Source: Octopus sinensis
Lineage: Eukaryota
Direction: 5' to 3'
NCBI RefSeq assembly: GCF_006345805.1
Contig: NC_042998.1
Span: 170,314,001 to 170,378,000, forward strand
Length of the DNA stretch: 64,000 bases
Part shown: one piece after another, positions 1-9,445 of the stretch
Layout of the letters: each line of letters starts with the position of its first letter
Position numbering within the stretch: the first letter of the stretch is position 1
Program-made: the position numbers and the translations under genes
Notes under the pieces: model-generated
Databases searched by the model: none
The model's input: only the letters and a program-made list of their open reading frames with translations
What the model was told of the DNA's origin: nothing

Positions 1-215
1 AATGTAAAAACTGCTGTCAGAGAAAAACCATTATTCCATCATGGGAAAAGTTCTGTAGCAGTGTTAGTTTAAATTTTGCTATAGTGGATCGAATCCACTT
101 CATGCATGCATGATTCACTATATACATATATATATATAAGGTGTCATGTCATGCAGTACCATGTGGTTGGGAAGTAAGCTTCTTACCACACAACCATGCC
201 TCTGTGTGTGTGTGT

Positions 216-274
<59 letters not shown>

Positions 275-912
275 AGGGCTGTATCCAGAGTAAAATATTA
301 GAGAAGGCAAAGACCAACAAAAACCAAACCAAGTTAGCAATTACAAACTGTTCTATGCAATGTCCCAATGATGTGAAGGAGAGGGTATGTCAGAAAGGCA
401 TATATCTATACTTGCAGGTCTGATTTAGTATGTTATACTATAAATAAATACACCAGTTATCAATCCAAAACCTCTCTTCCTCACTATGAGGAGTGTGATC
501 TCACAGGCATTCAAAAATAGCTACACCAAGCAATGGCAGGAATTCTCAGGCATGTCATGTCTAATAAAAATAGCCCACAGAGAGTCATGCCTAAAAATAG
601 CCCACAGCCAGATGGCCAAAATACATAGGGTCAAGGAGTGTGAGAGAACATTCAATAAGTAGTCACTTTACATACTTCAACTACCACTTTGAAAGGTCAT
701 GCAATATATTAGCCTAAAACTAAATTTACTATCTAAAGTCATTATTATTTATTGTCAACTCCTTGATAAAATCAAAGTAACACAAAAACAAATATTTTAA
801 CATCCCATGATTTTCAAAACTAGGCTCACTTTTATCATCAGTTAAGGAAAATCAGAGGAGGCAAAGCCTAAATACATAAATAACAAATAATATATATATA
901 TATATATATATA

Positions 913-1140
913 TTCTCTTTCTCTTTTACTTGTTTCAGTCATTTGACTGTGGCCATGCTGGAGCACCGCCTTTAATCGAGCAACTCGACCCCGGGACTTA
1001 TTCTTTGTAAGCCCAGTACTTATTCTATCGGTCTCTTTTTTGCCGAACCGCTAAGTGACGGGGACGTAAACACACCAGCATCGGTTGTCAAGCGATGCTA
1101 GGGGGACAAACACAGACACACAAACACACACACATATATA
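913..1140 (-). mobile_element. Octopus-type SINE, 3' half (tail CTCTTTTA repeats) ending at its internal (CA)/(TA) tract
   Basis: Sequence 'cttgtttcagtcatttgactgtggccatgctggagcaccgcc...acaaacacagacacac' recurs at ~40601 and ~42991, where it is joined to a tRNA-like head. Confidence 0.85.
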
Positions 1141-2114
1141 TCTCTTATTATAAAAGGCAGATTTTATCTGCCTCCCTTTGTATCTTATAGAAATCTACAA
1201 TATAGGATTTCTTCAATTACAATTTACCTAGCATTTTTAAGAGTAGAATGCATCGGGTTGTGCCAGGTCCACTTTTTAAAATTTAAACTCCAATTAAGCA
1301 AAATTTACAGAAAACTCACATTGTGGTGTATGAGTCAAATGCTTCTCTTAGTGTGGGATACAGCACACACAAACGCACACACACAGTGTGCAACGAATAA
1401 AATGAAAGTAATTCACTTTCTGTAGTGAGTGATTCTTTCACTCTGCCTCCCACTTCCTCTTTACACACATAGACACGCAAATATATAAATAAAATTGTAA
1501 GCTAACGTGCGTGTGTGTGAGTGTGTGTGTGTGTGTGTGCGTGTGTGTGTGTGTGTGAGGGTGCGTGTGTGTGTGTGTGTGCGTGAGTGTGTGACAGGAA
1601 AGTTTTTTACGACGAATATAAGACCTATATCCAAGTAGCAGAAAGATCGACCAAAAGTGTATATAGATATTTAAATGTATTTATATATTCATCTATACAC
1701 AGATGTATGTATAATGTGTGTGTATATATTTCCATAGAGGTAACCTTTCACTCCATACAAAGTTTTTTAGGACGAATATAAAATCTAAAGTATATACAAG
1801 TAGCAGAAAGAAATCGCGCCAAAAGTGTATATAGATATTTAAATGTATTTATATATTCATCTATACACAGATGTATGTATAATGTGTGTTGTATATATTT
1901 CTATAGACGTAACCATTCACTCCGCACAAAGTTTTTTAGGACGAAAATAAGATCTAAAGTTATCTCTAAGAAACAGAAAGGTCGCCCTAAAGTGTATATA
2001 GATATTTAAATGTATTTATATATTCATCTATACACACATGTATGTATAATGTGCGTGTATATATTTCCATAGAGGTAACCATTCAACCCATACAAAGTTT
2101 TTAGGACGAAAATA
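1141..2114 (+). mobile_element. Non-autonomous Helitron-like element (5' part) with internal tandem repeats
   Basis: Starts A|TC (tctcttattataaaagg), like a Helitron 5' end, and carries an internal tandem array. No 3' CTAG end of its own was found before the next element. Confidence 0.5.
1611..2114. repeat. ~165-bp tandem repeat, about 3 copies
   Basis: Anchor 'gacgaa(t/a)ata' at 1611, 1771, 1940 and 2105; each unit contains 'aaagtgtatatagatatttaaatgtatttatatattcatctatacac'. Confidence 0.9.
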
Positions 2115-2881
2115 TTTATATATAAAAGAAAGGTTGTGTGTCTGTCTACTCCGATTTAGATTCCTAACTACTCCCATATTTTGCGATGCAGTTTAACCAA
2201 AACCGGGTATCTTATAGTCGTGATTCATATCGAGCCCTTCTGGGTATTAGCGCGCGTCTACGATGAGTCGATGATTTTACAAATAATTTACCATCATTTT
2301 TTTCCATTTTAATGCATATTTTTTTAAATAAAGGGAAGTAACTCTCAAACTTCACACCAATATGCGTGCTCATATGCGACGTAATATCACATCAGCAGCA
2401 TTTCCTCACATCCTCCTTGCACTTGGCGAAGGCAAAATACCAGGGGATGAAAATGGAAAATTATATGCCATCGATTCCATTTGTACCATTGTTAAGACGC
2501 CTTCTGATCTCAGAGATGCAGTGTTCCCAGATCTACAAGCTAATTATCAGAATATGGATTGGATTGGCAAAAAGGCTATACTGGCCCGAGGAATAAAACT
2601 GTTCACCATATTAATGATGAAATGCTAGAGGTACTCAATTCCTTTGAGCACCCCGGACTACCACCACACTTTCTCAAACTTAAAGTTGGTGCCCCTATAA
2701 TGCTCATCAGAAATTTGGTTCCCCCAAAACAATGCAATGGCACACGTTTGATCGTTAAGTCCTTATCTCCCACCGTAAACTTTATATCAATATTTGCCTG
2801 AATAATCATCATAATTCAGTGCAATCATTAACAGTACTTTCAAGCAATTCAGCCCCGAGCAACGCCAATCAATTCTGCTAG
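2115..2881 (+). mobile_element. Internally deleted Helitron with Pif1 helicase remnant
   Basis: 5' end a|tttatatataaaag...gtgtgtctgtc; 3' end 'cccgagcaacgcc...ttctgCTAG|T' with CTAG at 2878-2881; encloses a Pif1-like peptide. Confidence 0.8.
2362..2801 (+). pseudogene. Helitron Pif1-like helicase fragment (frameshifted)
   Basis: Peptides 'LLALGEGK...DAVFPDL...DWIGKKAILA' and 'PRNKTVHHIN...LNSFEHPGLPPHFLKLKVGAPIMLIRNLVPPKQCNGTRLIV' match the Pif1 2B region typical of Helitron RepHel. Confidence 0.9.
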
Positions 2882-2967
2882 TATATATATATATACACAC
2901 ACATATATATATATATGAAAAAACAAGTCAAAAATAGAAAATGCTAAAATAATTTTATGGGAACATT

Positions 2968-3005
2968 CAGTACCGGTTTTCGGTCTTTTGAGACCTTTTC
3001 AACTG
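2968..3005 (-). ncRNA. Minimal type I hammerhead ribozyme, U3-A8 core variant (left PLE1 end; extra A in GAAA)
   Basis: Minus strand reads CAG UUGAAAA GGUC ucaaaa GACC GAAAA CCGG UA CUG. Confidence 0.7.
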
Positions 3006-3757
3006 TAACGATTAAATAATTAAATTAGAAAAATTAGAAGAAAAGTTTTTTTAAAGGAATATTTCTATAGTAGCGTTCAGATATAGGTGGCATTCTGCCT
3101 TTCTCTGACTCCCTTGTTTGCACTTGTGTGTTGAAGGTCGTTGTGAGTTCTTGGTAGGGTAGTAGAGGAAGAAGGCTGATGAGGAAAGGGGGTGGGAGAA
3201 TCTGGGAGTGCCCTGATGGTCGTATTTTGAATGGTCAGTGGCGGCTGGCAGTCGCAGTTCAATTCAGGAGAATATTTCTATTGAAAGGCTTGTTTATAGA
3301 ATTTGCGTAGGTGTTATACTAAAAAACATTAGTGACAAAGTTAAGGGGTAGAAGGTGGGGAAGTAGAAGAAGAAGAAGAAGAAGAAGAAGAGAAGAAGAA
3401 GAAGAAGAAGAAGAAGAAGAAGAAGAAGAAGAAGAAGAAGAAGAAGATGACGATGTTGATGATGATGATGATGAAGAAGAAGAAGAAGGAGAAGGAGAAG
3501 ATGACGATGATGGTGATGGTGGTGATGATTATGACGACGATGATGATGATAATGATTGATGAGAAGAAGAAGAAGAAGAAGAAGAAGAAAAAAACAGAGA
3601 AGGGAGAATATGAATGGGTTAAAGTAGTGAGGTGTTGTATGATTTGAAGTTGGCATGTTATGGATTATAGCTGTGATTTTCGCTGTGATTAGTAATAGAT
3701 TCTTTGGAATGTAATATTTGTGTGTGAATATTTCCTTTATTCTAAAGTTGAGGCATA

Positions 3758-6100
3758 TTAATTGTTTGTCGTAGACCCGTTAAGAAGTGGCCTGTATTTT
3801 GCAATAAAGAGAGTTTCTTTACTTATTCGTTGTCTCGAGGTTGTATCGTCCCTAAATTGGTAGAGGGGGAAAATCCTGAAGCTTGGTGTTTTTTTGTTGG
3901 CGCAAGTATCTATGTGTTGGCTAAAAGCTATTTTTCTGTTTTGGGGAATTTTTATCTGGGATCTGTGCAGGGCCATTCGTTTACACAAACTATTTTTTGT
4001 TTGGCCTATGTACTGCTCTTGACACCCAGAGCAGGTTAGTGAGTATATTAGGTTCTCCGAAGCACATGTGAAGTTGCTTTTCACTGTAAACCGTTGTCCC
4101 TGTTTGAAGGAGAACTCTGATCCCTCAATTAGATAGTCGCATATCCCGCAATTGGGTCTTCCACATTTTTTTACTGTCGGCTTCTGTGTTGAAGAGTGAA
4201 TTCGGGCTTGTGTTAGGAGACTTTTCATGGATTTAGGCTGTCTCTTGCTTTTTATGATCGTGTGTGTTTGGAGGATTGTGTTCATTCTGTGGTCTTTTTT
4301 TAGGAGGGGTATGTTGTGGAGGATGGTGCCGAAGGCTTCGTTATTGAGAGGGTTGTGTGTGGAGATGTATGGTAAGGCATTTGGTTGTAAGTTTTTCTTT
4401 GATTTGGGATGTCTCAGTTCCTTGATGTTAAGTTGAAGGGCACGTTGAATGCACTTGTCAATAAGTGAAGGTCGATAGTTCCTGGTGATAAGGGTATCTT
4501 TTAGTTCTTGTAGTCGTGTGTCTCTGGTGTTTGCGTTCGAGACTATAGTGCATATCCTTTTTGCTAGATTGAAGGGGATATTCATCTGGTGTGCCTGGGG
4601 TGGCATGAATTGAATGGAAGATATTGCTTAGAGTCTGTAGGCTTATAATATATGTCTGTTTCTATTATATTATTAGCTTTCTTAATGAGGATATCGAGGA
4701 AGGGGAGTTGTTGCTGGCTATATTCCATCGTGAATTGGATGTTTACGTCCAGTCCGTTTAAAATTTCCTTGGAATTCTATGAGTTTTTCTATATTTTTAT
4801 GCCAAAGGATGAAACAGTCATCTAGATATCTCTTCCAGTTGTTTTCTATGTAGATGGAGAAAGGGCTGCCATATCTTTCAAGAACCTTACGATACAGACT
4901 GATCTCTAGATATCCTATGACTAGGTTGGCAAAGGAGGGGGCCATTCGTGTACCATCGCAGTCCCCGATTTTTGTCGGTAGAAGTTGTCATTGAAGGCGA
5001 AGAAGTTATTTTCCAGGATGAATTTAACCCCTTCTATCACGAATTCTTTTTTGATGCGATGTGGTTTTCGTTGGCGTGATTTTCTAGCCAGAATTGGATT
5101 GCCTCTAGTCCTAGGTTGTGGGGGATATTGGAGTAGAGGTTGACTACATCGAAGGATACCAGTATGGTGTTTTTGTTTATAGTATTCGGTAGGTGATTGA
5201 GCATATCTAAGTCGTCCCTTATATAGCTTTTGACATGTTTTAGGAGTGGTTTTAACAGGGTGTCTAAAAAGTTACTGAGGCTCTGGGTTTCGCATGCGGG
5301 ACCTGCTATTATGGGTCTCAATTTGAGGTCATTAGGATTAGGGACTTTAATTATTTTGTCTGTAGCTATCTTGCATGCGTTGCTTATTTTCTCACTTTTG
5401 TGGATCTTAGGTATACCGTAGAATTGGCTGGTTTTGCTTGTGAAATTGGTCATATAATCATATTCTTTGTCGGTGAGCCCTGCTTTGTATGGATTTAATA
5501 TGGATTTTAGTTCCCTCATTATTTTTTGTTGACTGTAGTTTTGTGCCTTTTCATAGTATGTTGTGTCTTCCAGCATAGAAAGTACCAAAGTTATGTAAAA
5601 TCGTCGTCCATTAAGACAACAGCACTCCCTTTATCGGCCTCTTTGATTGTTATTGTTTTATCTAGTTTTAATTTGTTCAACTCAGCCCATTCTTTTTTGC
5701 TGAAGTTTGGTTTGTGTTTTTGTTTGTGCATATGTTGATATGGGTAATTTGATATGTGGTCACAGAAATCATCAAGTGTTTTGTTCTTACCTTTCGAGGG
5801 GCTGTAGTTACTCCTATTTCTGGCTAACGATTCGTCCTCGTTGTATTTATCGTATAGCTCCTCAGTAAGTCTTAATTTTCTGCAGAATTCTGCGATGTCT
5901 TCTTTCATTTCATTGTAGTTGGGGTTTGTGGGGGGTGGGTGTAAACTTGAGTCCTTTGGAAAGTATGTTTATTTGGTTTTGCTGTTAGTTCCTTCTGAGT
6001 TAGATTGATAATTTTTATTACTTTTGGTTCCTCCTGCTTGTTTGGTGCTATCTTGTGTCTCTGTGTTTGCGTATTGGGTCTAAAAAATGAATGCGGTGAT
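3758..6100 (-). pseudogene. PLE polyprotein (N-terminal region, reverse transcriptase, thumb, Cys-rich linker, GIY-YIG endonuclease) broken by single-base indels
   Basis: Motifs in order: 'KIINLTQKELT..KGLKFTPTP', 'TIKEADKGSAVVLMD', 'FYGIPKIHKS', 'LRPIIAG', 'LVSFDVVNLYSNIPH', 'MAPSFANL', 'WKRYLDDCFILW', 'NIPFNLAKRI', 'KCGRPNCGIC', 'NLIYSLTCSGCQEQYIGQT..RMALH..H'. A CxxxxCxxC linker is typical of Neptune-type PLEs (clade call is inference). Upstream boundary approximate. Confidence 0.92.
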
Positions 6101-6198
6101 TGGGACGGTAGCTAGTATATAGTTGTTCTTTGTTGATGTGGGGTCTCCTGTTGTGATTTATGGTGTGGTTTATGTGGTCTCCTGGTGTGATTTATGTA

Positions 6199-6814
6199 CT
6201 TACCATACATCTCCACACACAACCTCTCAATAACGAAGCCTTCGGCACCATCCTCCACAACATACCTCTCCTAAAAAAAGACCACAGAATGAACACAATC
6301 CTCCAAACACACACGATCATAAAAAGCAAGAGACAGCCTAAATCCATGAAAAGTCTCCTAACACAAGCCCGAATTCACTCTTCAACACAGAAGCCGACAG
6401 TAAAAAAATGTGGAAGACCCAATTGCGGGATATGCGACTATCTAATTGAGGGATCAGAGTTCTCCTTCAAACAGGGACAACGGTTTACAGTGAAAAGCAA
6501 CTTCACATGTGCTTTGGAGAACCTAATATACTCACTAACCTGCTCTGGGTGTCAAGAGCAGTACATAGGCCAAACAAAAAATAGTTTGCGTAAACGAATG
6601 GCCCTGCACAGATCCCAGATAAAAATTCCCCAAAACAGAAAAATAGCTTTTAGCCAACACATAGATACTTGCGCCAACAAAAAACACCAAGCTTCAGGAT
6701 TTTCCCCCTCTACCAATTTGGGACGATACAACCCCGAGAAAACGAATAAGTAAAGAAACTCTCTTTATTGCAAAATACAGGCCACTTCTTAACGGGTCTA
6801 CGACAAACAATTAA
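6199..6814 (+). pseudogene. Second, inverted copy of the PLE1 linker and GIY-YIG endonuclease
   Basis: Peptide nearly identical to 3758-4376 (ASENL vs ALENL, LCKRM vs LRKRM), with one frameshift in an A-run near 'NKK'. Confidence 0.92.
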
Positions 6815-7545
6815 TATGCCTCAACTTTAGAATAAAAGAAATATTCACACACAATATTACATTCAAAGAATCTATTACTAATCACAGCGAAAATCACAGC
6901 TATAATCCATAACATGCCAACTTCAAATCATACAACACCTCACTACTTTAACCCATTCATATTCTCCCTTCTCTGTTTTTTTCTTCTTCCTCTTCTTCTT
7001 CATCATCATCATTATCATCATCATCGTCGTCATAATCATCACCACCATCACCATCATCGTCATCTTCTCCTTCTCCTTCTTCTTCTTCTTCATCATCATC
7101 ATCATCAACATCGTCATCTTCTTCTTCTTCTTCTTCTTCTTCTTCTTCTTCTTCTTCTTCTTCTTCTTCTTCTTCTTCTTCTTCTACTTCCCCACCTTCT
7201 ACCCCTTAACTTTGTCACTAATGTTTTTTAGTATAACACCTAAGCAAATTCTATAAACAAGCCTTTCAATAGAAATATTCTCCTGAATTGAACTGCGACT
7301 GCCAGCCGCCACTGACCATTCAAAATACGACCATCAGGGCACTCCCAGATTCTCCCACCCCCTTTCCTCATCAGCCTTCTTCCTCTACTACCCTACCAAG
7401 AACTCACAACGACCTTCAACACACAAGTGCAAACAAGGGAGTCAGAGAAAGGCAGAATGCCACCTATATCTGAACGCTACTATAGAAATATTCCTTTAAA
7501 AAAACTTTTCTTCTAATTTTTCTAAATTTAATTATTTAATCGTTA

Positions 7546-7583
7546 CAGTTGAAAAGGTCTCAAAATGACCGAAACCGGTACTG
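7546..7583 (+). ncRNA. Minimal type I hammerhead ribozyme, U3-A8 core variant (right PLE1 end)
   Basis: CAG UUGAAAA GGUC ucaaaau GACC GAAA CCGG UA|CUG: stem I CAG/CUG, stem II 4 bp, palindromic ACCGGU stem III, GUA triplet, predicted cut after 7580. Confidence 0.8.
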
Positions 7584-7870
7584 AAATGTTCACTATAAAA
7601 TTATTTTAGCATTTTCTATTTTTGACTTGTTTTTCATATATATCAACTCGTGTGTTCCTTTTCACCCTCACACACACACACATATATTATATATATATAT
7701 ATAATATATATATATAATATATATATAAATTATATATGCATTTTATATCTCGTTCAGAGATTTATTATTGTTTAGACACTTTTTCTAAATCAGTGACGGT
7801 GGTTGCTGTGAAAAACGTTATATATATTTTTATTTGCAAGGGGACTCATTCATCGAAGACCGGTGCTTAC

Positions 7871-7915
7871 CATGCGTTGACGAGAGGCAATTACCTTGAA
7901 ACTATAGTCCGTATG
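7871..7915 (+). ncRNA. Type I hammerhead ribozyme at the tip of a long imperfect hairpin
   Basis: CAUGCG UUGACGA GAGG caauua CCUU GAAA C uaua G UC|CGUAUG: 6-bp stem I, stem II GAGG/CCUU, palindromic ACUAUAGU stem III, GUC triplet, cut after 7909; C3 is U. Confidence 0.85.
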
Positions 7916-8181
7916 TAGTACTCGGGTCTTCGAGGGAGGATGACCTCCCTTTGCAAATAACACAAGGGCACTGAGATAGTGTCTAAAGTCCTTCTGGTGA
8001 CGTTGATCGCCTGGGGCTAAAAGCATCAGTAACACCCCCCCCCCAGTGGCTAGCCACATTCAGATGGCTAATACACCTTACGTTATATATATATTATTTG
8101 TTATTTATGTATTGGTTTATGTCTATCACTGTTTGAGTTGCATAATAGTGGTTTTATCTTCAATTCATATTTATATGTATG

Positions 8182-8213
<32 letters not shown>

Positions 8214-8228
8214 CATATATATATATAC

Positions 8229-8276
<48 letters not shown>

Positions 8277-8393
8277 TATATAGTTAATCCAAACAAGAAA
8301 ACACAGAAAAAAAGGAAAAAAAAGAAAAAAAACAGCAACGCAGGACGTGGAACAATTAAAGTATTATTGACGCTCAGGAAAGAAGGGAAGGAG

Positions 8394-8429
8394 GTTTTAA
8401 CGTTTCGAGCGGAGCTCTTCGTCGGAAAC
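8394..8429 (-). ncRNA. Minimal type I hammerhead motif with U4C change, in a probable PLE 3'-end remnant (~8283-8480)
   Basis: Minus strand: GUUU CCGACGA A GAGC ucc GCUC GAAA CG U UA|AAAC; stem I GUUU/AAAC, palindromic AACGUU stem III, UUA triplet. Confidence 0.75.
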
Positions 8430-8744
8430 AAGGAGAAGAAAGATCCCAAGGAGGGAAGACAGAGGAGACAATATTTGAGCTGGTGGTGCTTAAGAGATCA
8501 CATGTTGAAAAAACAGAATTTGGAGGTAGTTGAAAAATGGTTTTATAATGCAAGAGAGTTCCAAAAAAAGGGAATGCCCGTGTGTGTGGTTGTGTGCAAG
8601 ATGACAAGTGTGTTTGTGCGTGTGTGTGTGTTGTGTGTGTGTGTGTGTGTGTGTATTTTTGGTGAATAGATAATGACAAAGCCAGCTGTGGTGATGACTA
8701 CTAGCTGTTTGTGTCAAGGTAAGTCAAAGACAGGTCAAAAAACA

Positions 8745-9445
8745 TCATATGTGTGTGTTGTTTGTAGTGTGTGTGTGTGTGTTGTTTGTAGTGTGTGTGT
8801 GTGTGCGTGTGTGTGTTCGTGTGTGTATACGTAGAGTGTGGGTGTGTGGCGTAACCCTAGTACGTGTGTGCTTGTACGTGCGTGTGTGTGTGTAGGGGGA
8901 TGTATATGTGGGTTCATTTGTGTGAGAGTGTATGTATATCTGTCGGTGTGTATGTGAGTTTGTGTGTGTTTGTACGCGTGTATGTGTGTGTGAGTGTATA
9001 GTATATATATATGTAATGTGTGTGTGTGGTGTGTGCGTGTGTGTGTACGTGCGTGCGAGTGAATGTATGTATATATGTGTGCGTGTGTGTACAATGTAGG
9101 GGCTTATATGTGTGTTTATATGTGTGTGTGTATGTGTGTGTGTATGTATGTATGTATATATATGCGTGTGTGTATGTATGTATGTGTGTGTATGTGTGTA
9201 TGCATGCGTGTGTGTATGTATGTATGTGTGTATGTGTGTGTATGTGTGTATGTATGTATGTATGTGTGTGTGTGTGTATGTGTGTGTGTATGTATGTATG
9301 TACGTACGTATGTATGCATGTGTGTGTGTATGTATGTATGTACGTATGTGTGTATGTATGTATTTTTGCATGCGTGTATGTGTGTATGTGCGTGTGTGTA
9401 CATATGTATGTTTATGTATGTGTATATATATATATATATATATAT
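8745..9445. repeat. Compound (TG)/(TATG)/(TA) microsatellite
   Basis: Direct inspection; explains the long low-complexity ORFs (YTHT/VCVC) in the track. Confidence 0.95.

Larger units (their letters stand above)
2917..7635 (-). mobile_element. Penelope-like retroelement (PLE1) with inverted pseudo-LTR
   Basis: Minus-strand RT-GIY-YIG ORF. 6199-7635 is the reverse complement of 2917-4376 (EN domain plus 3' UTR). Both outer ends abut (TA)n. Confidence 0.92.

Noticed and set aside
3177-3188. CTGATGAGGAAA (mirrored at ~7363-7374), resembling a hammerhead core
   Set aside because: Only one base between CUGAUGA and GAAA so no stem II, antisense to the PLE, and no stem I or III.
3294-3656. Poly-E/D/L/H ORFs (also 6914-7231)
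   Set aside because: Translations of the (GAA)n/(GAT)n tract inside the PLE1 3' UTR.
3758-5908. Selenocysteine read-through in the PLE ORF (reported for some PLE clades)
   Set aside because: Breaks are frameshifts; no in-frame TGA replaces a conserved Cys in the EN or linker.
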